Below are positions 28,505-37,237 of a stretch of 41,290 nt of DNA, one piece after another. The position numbers were made by a program, and so were the translations under genes. Positions within the stretch are counted from its first letter, which is position 1, and each line of letters opens with the position of its first letter. Below the pieces are notes generated by a model that searched no databases, was not told where the DNA came from, and worked only from the letters and a program-made list of their open reading frames with translations. Origin of the DNA: a virus; the UHGV virus genome UHGV-0387525, one strand, 5' to 3'.

Positions 28505-29497
28505 TTACACCACGCGGGCTTCTGTTTCCAGAAGCGCATCAGTTTCACGGATTGGTACACCACGGAATGAAGTCCACCACTCGCCTTCAGTCTCTTTTAC
28601 GCTGATAGCCAGAGATGTTTTCTCCAGAGATTGCAGATCAAGAGCCTGGCCTACAGTGCGGTTCATGTAGAACACCGGGCGGCCCATGCCACGGTTTGGA
28701 ATGCGATGCAGTGCCTTAACCATCAACTTGGCAATATTTGCGGCAGAGGATGGTTCTGAAAGATTGCTGACATCGATGTTTGCAATGCGAACAACATAAC
28801 GCCAGTCACGCAGAGCAAGTCCGTTGTCCCATTTATAATGGGTGCGATAACCTTCGTACTTGCCGCCATTAGCATCTTCCAGTGTCACCTGGCCTTTATC
28901 TTCCATCTGGATGCCAGCCTTCTTCCCTTTCGGGAAGATGCCATGCACGGTGTTTTCGCCCCACACCACTAACCAGATTGAGGTGTTATCTGTACCCGTG
29001 CCACCAGCATCAATGATGTTCTGAGCATTACCCGCAGACAGGCTGGAATAGCGGGAGGACAGTCCCATAAACTGCTGAGGGTTAACGCTGGAATCACCAT
29101 AAAACAGCGTCTGCGCCATCTGCTGATTCATCGCTTCAATAAATGCGCGGTCTTCAGACAGGCGGAATTCAGCGGTATTGCCGTTCAGATCAGCCAGTGA
29201 CTTATCGACTTCAGCATAGGTTTCCAGCATGCCAACGGAATCGGTTACCTGCACTGTGGTTGATTTGCTTGGCTGTACGCCATAGTTCAGCAAACGCCAG
29301 GTAGCTGAAGGTAAACCAGAACGAATGGTGGTTCGGTGTCCGGTAGGAAGGTTCCCTTCGACAAAAGGCATATCCTGAAGGATCGGGTTAGTTTGACCGA
29401 GAAGCTCGATAATCTTATCGACTTTCCCGTTTGGATCGACGCGCTTACCCCAGTCAGCCAGCGTCAGCGCAGTTAAGCCTTTAACAGCCATTGTCAT
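28505..29497 (-). CDS. major capsid protein
   Basis: 330 aa; position after scaffold; strong AGAGAGGAA RBS. Confidence 0.65.
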   Translation of the reverse strand: MTMAVKGLTALTLADWGKRVDPNGKVDKIIELLGQTNPILQDMPFVEGNLPTGHRTTIRSGLPSATWRLLNYGVQPSKSTTVQVTDSVGMLETYAEVDKSLADLNGNTAEFRLSEDRAFIEAMNQQMAQTLFYGDSSVNPQQFMGLSSRYSSLSAGNAQNIIDAGGTGTDNTSIWLVVWGENTVHGIFPKGKKAGIQMEDKGQVTLEDANGGKYEGYRTHYKWDNGLALRDWRYVVRIANIDVSNLSEPSSAANIAKLMVKALHRIPNRGMGRPVFYMNRTVGQALDLQSLEKTSLAISVKETEGEWWTSFRGVPIRETDALLETEARVV

Positions 29498-29505
29498 TTC
29501 CTCTC

Positions 29506-30207
29506 TTATTTGCCATAGAGCACTTCGGCCGCACTACGCTGGCCTTCATTACCACCGGTGACCATGCCATCTTCAGACATCGCCTTTCCGATTTTCACGA
29601 ACGTTTTGACCAGATCAGGGTGATTACCCAGCCCGGTGGTGTTCAGATATTCTTTGAGTTCAGGTGTCCCGAACTGGTCAAGCGCACGCTGTGCGGCGCT
29701 AAGGTTAGAAATCAACTTGTCGCCACCGATTTCTTTGTCAGCTTTTACATCAGCAGCCCACTGCTCGGTTGTTTTCTGCCAGGCTTCTGCCTGGCGCTGC
29801 TGCACACCTGCCAGAATCTTCGGATAAGCATCAACCAGCTTTTGCGCTTGCTCGTTGGTCAGGTTTAGTTCTCGCGCCACCGGCTCGAATTCCTTCAACG
29901 CTTCTGTATCCAGCTCTACGCCTTCGGCAGCCTGAAACTCGTACTTCTCAGGCGCACCCTCTGGTTTATCGCCGCCCTTTTTTTCATCCTGCTTATCGTT
30001 TTCAGGCTTTTTGTCATCAGCAGGTTTATCGCCATCAGCAACAGGTTGTGGCTTATCACCTTCCTGTTGTGATTGATCACCAACTGGAGCAGGGTTATCA
30101 CCTGCAGGCGCTGACGGTTCTGACGCAGCAGGAGCTGCTCCACCATCGACTGGTTGCTCATTGCAAAGACGGCGATACAGCAAACGCTCAAATAAATTCA
30201 TGATCAC
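29506..30207 (-). CDS. scaffolding protein
   Basis: acidic, low-complexity, Pro/Asp/Lys-rich N-half with helical C-half; between portal and capsid; start may be ATG 30201. Confidence 0.55.
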   Translation of the reverse strand: MIMNLFERLLYRRLCNEQPVDGGAAPAASEPSAPAGDNPAPVGDQSQQEGDKPQPVADGDKPADDKKPENDKQDEKKGGDKPEGAPEKYEFQAAEGVELDTEALKEFEPVARELNLTNEQAQKLVDAYPKILAGVQQRQAEAWQKTTEQWAADVKADKEIGGDKLISNLSAAQRALDQFGTPELKEYLNTTGLGNHPDLVKTFVKIGKAMSEDGMVTGGNEGQRSAAEVLYGK

Positions 30208-30500
30208 TCCTGTTCACTGGCCTCTTTGGCCATCTTCAAATACTGTTCAGGGCAATGCGCCATAACGCGCTGAAACAGTTCCAGCGCCAGATTGCGTTGC
30301 CCCTCATTAAATGCCATTGCCATAGCGTCCATCGGTGAGATAGCGGAAAACACACGGCCTTTCTCCAGCACCGACCAGACAACGCGACGCCCCTGTTCAC
30401 TGCTCATGACAAAGCGAATGTCATCAATTTCACGCTGTGCCATGTCACGTTGCTTACGGGCGTTTTCTTCTTTCAGTTGATCGTCTTCGTAATCTGTCAT
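30204..30500 (-). CDS. hypothetical head-assembly protein
   Basis: 98 aa, charged; coupled between portal and scaffold. Confidence 0.35.
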   Translation of the reverse strand: MTDYEDDQLKEENARKQRDMAQREIDDIRFVMSSEQGRRVVWSVLEKGRVFSAISPMDAMAMAFNEGQRNLALELFQRVMAHCPEQYLKMAKEASEQE

Positions 30501-32176
30501 TGTGATTGCCCACCCTGACCACTAACTGCATTCGCCATAGCTGACAAAACACTCGGATCCGAAGTTTTAGCTTCGCTTAGCGTCTTGGCACCCTGTGCCG
30601 CCGCCATCCCCATCGCCATCATTTGTTGCTGCTGTTGTTGCTGTGCCCGTTGCTGGCGAGCCTGCTCAACCTGTTCCTGCGGAACAATGACGGTTGGAGA
30701 CACTCCGGACATATCAGCGAATGCATCGATCGCCTGATCAACGTTGAGTTTGTCGAGAGCTTCTGGTTTCGCTTGCGCAAGTTGACCAATGAAGTTAACC
30801 GTGGACGCCAGACTGGACAGGCCGATAGACTTCTGCGCCTGAGCCATGACGGAAATGTATTCGACCTTCAGGGGCATGCCTTCCATCGCGTCAGGCGGTG
30901 GCGGCAGCATGTTTTTACGCACCATCATCGAGAAAGAGCGATCAATGAGAGGATTAAGACATTCGTCGTTCAGGCGCTCCAGAACCGGCCCCAACATCAG
31001 AAGTTTTTCTTCTTTCATTTCGATCACCGCTTCCACAGGCATCGAGCGGGTATTGATGTTCTGCAACATCATGAACAGATCGACAAAGTAGGCGCTGTTA
31101 ATGATTTGACGAGTGTCCTGAATGTCTGCCACCAAATCTGCTGTACTGGGGTTAACCAGATAAGCAGGCCTGAAACCATCCTGACCAGTAATCTGATCGA
31201 TATACGTGATGTCGCCAGGAAGAAGGGAGGCACGCTGATTCTTGAGGGAATTCGGAGCAACCATCGGCGGATTGGTGGCTTTATCAATCAACTGCGACTT
31301 GCGCTTCTGGAGAAGCTGCAATGCCTTAACAGGTCCAAGCGCCAGCATACCCGGGCATGATGATCCATAAACATCTTCGCCGTTAACTTCCCAGCGCGGG
31401 GCCATAATTGGAAACTCATCGAATCCGGACTCACGCAACAACTTGTCGTTATCGCCACCAACCTCGTAATAAACCGATTTGAATGGCTTGTTCTTGCTAT
31501 CCAGCTTCGATGTATCGCGGTCAATGTTCGGGTAAACCGAATGCATCACTTCAATCCACTTCTCGTAGGTTCCGCTTTCCCACATGCTTTTTACGGATTC
31601 GCTGACGTTATTTAGCCCGAACTCCTGAACAAGCTGACGAACAGTCATAGAGAACTTGCGAAAACAGGTGTCCACACTGCCACGAGGTGAGTTAGCCAGG
31701 TAGTAACTGCCTATCGGGAATGGCATTGTGCGAATGATGTCCTCGTCATCCTCCAGCACTGCCATTGCACCAGTGCTGTATGTGCCGAGGCTTCCGTATA
31801 ACTGCGGCAGCGACTGATAGAGATTCGACTTATTGAACATATCGTTCATGCGGTTCTGCACCGCCTCAAGCCACAACTTAACAGGGCCATAATCCATCAT
31901 TTCAGGATCTGGCGTAGCCAGGCGAAACCACGGACGCGCGGGGCTTGTGATGCCTGACATCATGCCGCTGGCGAGAGTGCGCGCCGCCATAGTCCCGGTC
32001 GAATCAATAATGCGTGTATTGCGTCGATCGTTACGGTTAACCTCAGAAGCCAGAAAGCGGGAACCACGCGGGTTGATGTAATCACTCAACTCGCGCCAGT
32101 GCGGCTCGAACGACTGACGCTCGCTTTCAAGTTGTGCGAACTGTTTGTTCAATCGCTCTTTAGTTGTTTCCGCCAT
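30497..32176 (-). CDS. portal protein (T7 gp8-like)
   Basis: 559 aa; Gln/Ala/Met-rich C-terminal tail resembles T7 gp8; follows terminase. Confidence 0.8.
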   Translation of the reverse strand: MAETTKERLNKQFAQLESERQSFEPHWRELSDYINPRGSRFLASEVNRNDRRNTRIIDSTGTMAARTLASGMMSGITSPARPWFRLATPDPEMMDYGPVKLWLEAVQNRMNDMFNKSNLYQSLPQLYGSLGTYSTGAMAVLEDDEDIIRTMPFPIGSYYLANSPRGSVDTCFRKFSMTVRQLVQEFGLNNVSESVKSMWESGTYEKWIEVMHSVYPNIDRDTSKLDSKNKPFKSVYYEVGGDNDKLLRESGFDEFPIMAPRWEVNGEDVYGSSCPGMLALGPVKALQLLQKRKSQLIDKATNPPMVAPNSLKNQRASLLPGDITYIDQITGQDGFRPAYLVNPSTADLVADIQDTRQIINSAYFVDLFMMLQNINTRSMPVEAVIEMKEEKLLMLGPVLERLNDECLNPLIDRSFSMMVRKNMLPPPPDAMEGMPLKVEYISVMAQAQKSIGLSSLASTVNFIGQLAQAKPEALDKLNVDQAIDAFADMSGVSPTVIVPQEQVEQARQQRAQQQQQQQMMAMGMAAAQGAKTLSEAKTSDPSVLSAMANAVSGQGGQSQ

Positions 32177-32190
32177 TTCAATGACTCCGG

Positions 32191-32397
32191 TTACTGACCA
32201 AGCAGCGTTTTACCGCTGGTATTAGCGGTTGATGTGTCGCCCTGAGAACCGGTAAGCAGCGTAGAACTACGACCAGCAGCAGCGCGACGGCGACGAGTTT
32301 CTTCGTCGCGGGCATCAACAACGGCGGCATCCTGCTCCTGTGGTGCTGCCTGAACTTCTGGTGTTGCAGGCACTGATGGTGAGCTACCCATGCACAT
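32191..32397 (-). CDS. small low-complexity hypothetical protein
   Basis: 68 aa; its initiation region CGGAGTCATTGA-ATG is repeated at the portal start. Confidence 0.3.
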   Translation of the reverse strand: MCMGSSPSVPATPEVQAAPQEQDAAVVDARDEETRRRRAAAGRSSTLLTGSQGDTSTANTSGKTLLGQ

Positions 32398-32487
32398 ATC
32401 AATGACTCCGTACGCAATTAAATTATTACCAATTTAACCACATATGATTTATTTATCGTAGGTGGTTGACATTTAACGCACAAATTA

Positions 32488-32502
32488 TTACCTTTCAGGT
32501 AA
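32488..32502. promoter_or_regulatory. operator-like palindrome with upstream TTGACA
   Basis: ttacctttcaggtaa; TTGACA at 32466-32471. Confidence 0.6.
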
Positions 32503-32824
32503 CAAAAGAGTTCATTCCGGTTACTAACCTGACTGGCTTGTCGTTAAATTGAACAGGTGGAGTGAGCTTTTATTTTGAGCAGTACGGCGTATGGCACATG
32601 CGCCGATAGCGGTCTGGATACGTTTAAGGGGCACCCTCCCTGGCTGTGGCAAACGAACCAGGTAGCCGGAATGTGCAAGTCGAGCGGTTTTATTCCGCGC
32701 ACGGGGATTCACCATCCCGGCGATTCGGTGTGACGCCTCGGAAGAGACGAGGGTACAACGATGAGAGCATTTATGGAGCCGCGACAAAGTGTGGCGCCTT
32801 AACAGGCTAAGTGCTCTCAGCGTT

Positions 32825-32901
32825 GTGGCATTAGCTCAGTTGGACAGAGCAACCGCCTTCTAAGCGGTTGGTCGCAGGTTCGAATCCTGCATGCCACGCC
32901 A
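32825..32901 (+). tRNA. tRNA-Arg (anticodon UCU)
   Basis: manual cloverleaf: acceptor GTGGCAT/ATGCCAC, D-arm GCTC/GAGC, anticodon stem ACCGC/GCGGT with loop CTTCTAA, T-arm GCAGG-TTCGAAT-CCTGC, discriminator G, encoded CCA. Confidence 0.9.
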
Positions 32902-33062
32902 GAATCACGCCTAAGGACCGTGATGCCAGAAGTTCCAGGTGCTTGGCGGTGATAGTTTCCCTTGAAGGACTATCACCGCCCTTTTTACAGCAGGACGCCA
33001 TTGCGATGACTTCATGCTGTAAACCCGTACAGCCACGGAAGGCATAACTCATTGCTTCCAGT

Positions 33063-33088
33063 TCGCCCGGTTCGCCGGGCATTTTTTA
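33063..33088 (+). terminator. rho-independent terminator downstream of tRNA
   Basis: stem gcccgg/ccgggc, loop ttcg, then six T. Confidence 0.7.
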
Positions 33089-33098
33089 AGGTGAGATC

Positions 33099-33518
33099 AT
33101 GAAGACAATTGATATGTTGGCTAAGTATCTAAATGAATGGCCATTAAAATATTCTCGTATCGTTCAGGCTGAAGACTGCATTTTTTATGGCGTTTTTGCT
33201 GGTAATGAAATGCATTACGAAGTAATTCAGAGTGAGGGACTGGCCGGGTTAACTCTTAGCGAAGACCATGGTACTAGCGTTACGTTCCATGACTGGATAA
33301 CAGCACAACGTTCTGAAATGGAAAAAGGCGATGTTTTTGATATTTCTCGCGCTGTTTACGCTAAAGCAAAAAGTGATAATGATTACATGAGCGAACACTT
33401 ATACAACATGAAGTTACAATGCCTGCATGCGGCGCTTATTCAGAATGGGCACTTCGATAAAACAAGTGCCATCAATATTGCGGAAGCCATCAACGCTGGA
33501 TTTAATGCCATTAAGTAA
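33099..33518 (+). CDS. hypothetical accessory protein
   Basis: 139 aa; AAGGTGA RBS before ATG 33099; opposite strand to flanking structural genes. Confidence 0.5.
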   Translation: MKTIDMLAKYLNEWPLKYSRIVQAEDCIFYGVFAGNEMHYEVIQSEGLAGLTLSEDHGTSVTFHDWITAQRSEMEKGDVFDISRAVYAKAKSDNDYMSEHLYNMKLQCLHAALIQNGHFDKTSAINIAEAINAGFNAIK

Positions 33519-33522
33519 CACC

Positions 33523-33534
33523 GTGACATGTCAC
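33523..33534. repeat. 12-bp palindrome GTGACATGTCAC (copy 1)
   Basis: identical to 35974-35985; intergenic. Confidence 0.6.
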
Positions 33535-33538
33535 AAAC

Positions 33539-33566
33539 AGCCAGCCGATGAGCTGGCTTTGTTTTA
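33539..33566 (+). terminator. rho-independent terminator
   Basis: stem agccagc/gctggct, loop cgatga, then TTGTTTT. Confidence 0.55.
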
Positions 33567-33608
33567 TCCTCATCAGAGGATATCAACGACATTATCCCCA
33601 CCAGCGGA

Positions 33609-35084
33609 TTAAGCATATGGATCGTAATCTGTGATGGCCTTGCCTTGCTGGTTCTGCTGCCCGGGAATTCGCAGACGCTTCGACACAGGGAACGCAAACG
33701 TCAGCAGTAGCGCATCGCCTTTACCAGGAGAACGCCCAAGCCGCTCCTTGATATCTTCCTTCGGTTCGATAACGATTTTACCGTCCACTCGAACTTTGTA
33801 CTCTGCCGCAGACAGGTCGTCCGCTGTTTCCTGGTCATCCAGCATGCCGCCCAGCCTCAGCCATGTCTTGCATGAGTTGAACATCTCCCCACGCTTGTTG
33901 AGCATCTGCGGGTCAGTAGACGCGCCACCGAACGGAACAAGTTGCCATGTACGACCCCAGCCATCACCGATTGACTTCAGACCAGTTCCGTAACCGAAGT
34001 CGATGAACACTGCGTCAGCCTGGTACTGGTCTTCAAAGTCAGCGATACGCTTCGCCATAATCAGATCGTCAGTGGTCTTGTTGCCAGTCCACAGCACCTT
34101 ACTGTGCAGCCCCTGCCGCAGGTATATCACAGCGTCATCAACGCCGGAGTATGCCGGGTCAACGCCGATTATCACCGGAGCATGTGCAACCTGCGCAGCG
34201 GTTACCACCCGTTTCATTGCCTCGTCAGTAAGGCCGGTAGGGATAAACTGCAATTCAGATGCATCCGGGAATATGCCGCGCACACGGATTTTAACGAAGT
34301 CGCTGTCTTCCCCGTAGTCATCAACCCATTTCTGCAACTGCTGTTTGTTAGTGCCTTCCACCGTCCGGCTGTCAATCTGCGCAGTTTTCCAGCGGTGTTT
34401 ATATTTGCGGAAACATTCGCGAAAACGCCCGGTGTTACGTGTAGGGTTTCCGAACGCCACCCAGATAATCTCAGTGTCTTCGTCCGTAAGCGCACCCTCA
34501 GCAACTTCCCACACCAGATCCGCAATGTTCGACGCTTCATCGAATACCACGATGATGCGTTTGCGCTCGTTGTGTAGTCCGGCGAATGCCTCAGTGTTGT
34601 GCTCAGACCAGGGTATTGCGTCAGCCCGCCACCGCTTGTCGTGCCCAGGGTCATTGCTGTACATCGCGGTAGCGGTACAGGTAAACCAGTCTTTCGTGAT
34701 AGCAAGGTTCGACCACTTGATAATTTCCGGCCAGGTCTTCGTTCGTAGCTGGTTGTCGGTGTTGGCGGTCACCACGACCTTACAATCCTCGCAAGTGGAC
34801 ATGCCCCAGTTGATCAGCATTGAGATGAATGCGGATTTACCAATACCGTGACCAGAAGCGCGTGCCAACATAAGCGGCTGATAGCGCGTCTCTGGATTCT
34901 GCAGGTGATCACGTATCTCTCGGAACGCATCAGCCTGCCACTGACGTGGGCCGGTAGCATGTGCCAGTTCAGTCCCCTCTTCCCCCCACGGGAACGCATA
35001 GAGGGCATAGCCAAGCGGATCGTGAGTGAACCCTGCAATATCCTCGATTAACTGCTCTTCAGGAGATAACGCTGTATCTGTCAC
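33609..35084 (-). CDS. terminase large subunit
   Basis: 491 aa; Walker A-like ARASGHGIGKS; acidic nuclease-type C-terminal half. Confidence 0.85.
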   Translation of the reverse strand: MTDTALSPEEQLIEDIAGFTHDPLGYALYAFPWGEEGTELAHATGPRQWQADAFREIRDHLQNPETRYQPLMLARASGHGIGKSAFISMLINWGMSTCEDCKVVVTANTDNQLRTKTWPEIIKWSNLAITKDWFTCTATAMYSNDPGHDKRWRADAIPWSEHNTEAFAGLHNERKRIIVVFDEASNIADLVWEVAEGALTDEDTEIIWVAFGNPTRNTGRFRECFRKYKHRWKTAQIDSRTVEGTNKQQLQKWVDDYGEDSDFVKIRVRGIFPDASELQFIPTGLTDEAMKRVVTAAQVAHAPVIIGVDPAYSGVDDAVIYLRQGLHSKVLWTGNKTTDDLIMAKRIADFEDQYQADAVFIDFGYGTGLKSIGDGWGRTWQLVPFGGASTDPQMLNKRGEMFNSCKTWLRLGGMLDDQETADDLSAAEYKVRVDGKIVIEPKEDIKERLGRSPGKGDALLLTFAFPVSKRLRIPGQQNQQGKAITDYDPYA

Positions 35085-35677
35085 TGATTACCATCCTGAC
35101 GTTCTTTGAGTCGCTTCCTGGCTGCTGCTATGCGATCAGCAATTGTCACATTCACATTAACATCCAGGCGTTCTTTGAATGCGTTGACGTCGACGTGCTT
35201 ACCAATCAGTTCGAGGTTCTTCACCTTGTCAGGCCATTTAATTTTTTTGAGGATTGTCTCTATCGAATCCTCGTTCATGTTCATGATGGTCGATGACAGA
35301 TCAAAGCCGCTAAGCGTAGTGCGCCAGATTTTCGGCCACTCGCGGATTGGCTTAAGGCTCCCATCGTCGTTGAGGATGTCGATCACGTCCATCTGGTCGA
35401 TCTCCACCAGGCGCATGAGAACGTAATCAGCACTGACGCGCATTCGTTTGTTGCGCTCCTCCATCAACTCGGCAATCCGTTTCTGAATGCGTTCATCGCG
35501 CATCATGACACTGGCTTTAACTGCCGCTGTATTTGGGGAGAATCCTGCGTTAATCGCAGCCTGAGTCTGATTTTCAGGCGTTTTGATGTATGACTGGCAA
35601 TAAGCCTCCTGCATTGCTGTTAGTGGCTTAAATTGCGTTGATTTGCGTTTATAGGTTTTAGGTTCAGCAGGCATCAT
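35081..35677 (-). CDS. terminase small subunit
   Basis: start moved to MMPAEP (ATG 35677, GGTGG RBS); AAINAGFSPNTAAVKASVMMRDERIQKRI resembles small-terminase DNA-binding region; overlaps terL start. Confidence 0.65.
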   Translation of the reverse strand: MMPAEPKTYKRKSTQFKPLTAMQEAYCQSYIKTPENQTQAAINAGFSPNTAAVKASVMMRDERIQKRIAELMEERNKRMRVSADYVLMRLVEIDQMDVIDILNDDGSLKPIREWPKIWRTTLSGFDLSSTIMNMNEDSIETILKKIKWPDKVKNLELIGKHVDVNAFKERLDVNVNVTIADRIAAARKRLKERQDGNQ

Positions 35678-35684
35678 AACCACC

Positions 35685-35716
35685 GTGGTAATAGTTACCG
35701 TTGTGGTAATAGTACC
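35685..35716. promoter_or_regulatory. two direct repeats GTGGTAATAGT(T)ACC upstream of terS
   Basis: 35685-35699 and 35703-35716; contain GGTAA..TTACC half-sites in reversed order. Confidence 0.4.
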
Positions 35717-35720
35717 ATGC

Positions 35721-35746
35721 AAAATAAAGCCGCCATAGTTGGCGGC
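35721..35746 (-). terminator. terminator between small gene and terS
   Basis: stem gccgcca/tggcggc, loop tagt; on minus strand followed by TTTATTTT. Confidence 0.55.
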
Positions 35747-35751
35747 AGTAT

Positions 35752-35964
35752 TCAAAGTCCATCAAATTCATCGTAAAAACTCTCGTCAAGATACCCTTTC
35801 CATTTACCGCGAATGAAAATTACATCCTCGCCGCAAGGGTGCTGACTGTCGATAACTATATCCCTCCTGGCGCAACCATACTTATGCATGAGAAATTTAA
35901 CCTCTTTCGGAAAATTAGCTGAGTTATCTCTCATATCTTCAAGGTCGTAGCGTATTTTTGGCAT
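35752..35964 (-). CDS. small hypothetical protein
   Basis: 70 aa from ATG 35964 with AAGGTG RBS. Confidence 0.4.
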   Translation of the reverse strand: MPKIRYDLEDMRDNSANFPKEVKFLMHKYGCARRDIVIDSQHPCGEDVIFIRGKWKGYLDESFYDEFDGL

Positions 35965-35973
35965 AACACCTTC

Positions 35974-35985
35974 GTGACATGTCAC
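35974..35985. repeat. 12-bp palindrome GTGACATGTCAC (copy 2)
   Basis: identical to 33523-33534; between genes 35982..36323 and 35752..35964. Confidence 0.6.
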
Positions 35986-36323
35986 ACTATTAATTTCGTT
36001 TCATGCCAGCCTTTGGTCACCCAGCATTGCGAGTCACCATTACACGGGCATGAATTAACTGGAACTCTCTCGCCGCACTTACCGCAACGTTTTCTGCTGA
36101 TCGATTTTATACGCCCGCGCACCCGGGCATCATCCTGGCGGATCAGCAGCGCGATGTACTCGGCCATTTCATAGGGATCTCGACCAGGGCGCCGGGCGGC
36201 GCAGTTCCGCTCCAGCATTTCAATTTCCTGAGCATCAAGCACAATCTCCAGCTTACGCACACCAGATGCAGCTTGTCTGGCTCTCTGAGCGGCTTTGCGC
36301 TCTGCTGCTGATTTAGCCATCAA
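35982..36323 (-). CDS. basic protein with C-terminal Cys cluster (possible zinc-binding regulator)
   Basis: 113 aa; CGKCGERVPVNSCPCNGDSQC; upstream of packaging genes. Confidence 0.4.
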   Translation of the reverse strand: MMAKSAAERKAAQRARQAASGVRKLEIVLDAQEIEMLERNCAARRPGRDPYEMAEYIALLIRQDDARVRGRIKSISRKRCGKCGERVPVNSCPCNGDSQCWVTKGWHETKLIV

Positions 36324-36594
36324 TATTTACCTTTATCGCGTATACCTTTACCGGTTTATCGCCGAAGTGGGGATGTGTGATTGTCTTGATTTCATATCCG
36401 TCATACGGGACGTCAATTCTACGACTGGAGTCGTCGCGCTTCGGATATCCCTTTGTGATAATCAGTCGGTCATAATCCCTGAACATAATTCGCTTATTCC
36501 AGTAGTCATTACACAGGCGATACTCTTCCGTTTTCTCTTCGCGAATGATGGCATCGAAGTATTCACCTTTAACGGCTAGTTGCAGGTTAGCCAC
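36313..36594 (-). CDS. ASCH-like domain protein
   Basis: GTG start with AGGAGG RBS; LAVKGEYFDAIIREEKTEEYR matches ASCH-like pattern as I recall it. Confidence 0.45.
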   Translation of the reverse strand: MANLQLAVKGEYFDAIIREEKTEEYRLCNDYWNKRIMFRDYDRLIITKGYPKRDDSSRRIDVPYDGYEIKTITHPHFGDKPVKVYAIKVNIDG

Positions 36595-37237
36595 GATTAA
36601 CCTCCTGCTGCGGTGCTGCTGGCAGTGGCATCCAGTGGGTAATACTACCTGGATATAAACTCTTTGCTGGCCCCCAGTAGCCATCTGTATTAACACGCAT
36701 AACCTCACAGCCATCAAAACCATCAGTTACAAGAACGTATTCATAAGGTTCCGGCATCCTTTCGCTTACCGGAATCCAACCATCCGGAGTTACCGGATAG
36801 TTGCCAGCCAGCTCGTTCAACTTGTAAGTCTGGCTTACAGGTTCGGCACCATGAAGCATGGCGGCGCGGCAGGAGTTCCAGGCAAATAGTGCGGCTTCTT
36901 CCACTGAAGGCGGAGAGTATCGCTCGATAAACGCCTGTGCATTTGACAGCCTCCACTCATGAGGCAATACCGGCGCTGGCGGGGCGATGCGTCCAAGCAA
37001 CTTATTTACCTCTTTCGCCATCGCGTCATATTTATCTAAATAGCGATTAGCTTCTAAGCAGACTCGGTGCATCTGATCTGAGTTAACTCGTTTAACGGGA
37101 TCTGCTTCCAGCGATGCCAGTGCAATCCGTGCCAGTTCTTCCGCTTCTTCTGCTGGCAGTACAACGTTGCTACCCGGTCCGTATGTTTCGCGCCACTGCT
37201 TGATTGTCAGCAGTCGCCCTTTGGTAATAGTGATCAT
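36587..37237 (-). CDS. DUF551-like phage protein
   Basis: C-terminal WIPVSERMPEPYEYVLVTDG...THWMPLPAAP pattern. Confidence 0.5.
   Translation of the reverse strand: MITITKGRLLTIKQWRETYGPGSNVVLPAEEAEELARIALASLEADPVKRVNSDQMHRVCLEANRYLDKYDAMAKEVNKLLGRIAPPAPVLPHEWRLSNAQAFIERYSPPSVEEAALFAWNSCRAAMLHGAEPVSQTYKLNELAGNYPVTPDGWIPVSERMPEPYEYVLVTDGFDGCEVMRVNTDGYWGPAKSLYPGSITHWMPLPAAPQQEVNRG

Noticed and set aside
32825-32901. tRNA-Arg as the integration target or attP core
   Set aside because: It is a complete tRNA with its own terminator, 26 kb from int, inside the structural region; more likely a phage-encoded tRNA.
32831-33082. Minus-strand ORF 32831..33082
   Set aside because: Overlaps the tRNA-Arg gene and the downstream terminator; an artefact of the six-frame translation.
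35982-36323. Assigning a lambda Q-type late antiterminator
   Set aside because: No protein in the window shows a pattern I recognise as Q; the Cys-cluster protein is only a positional candidate.
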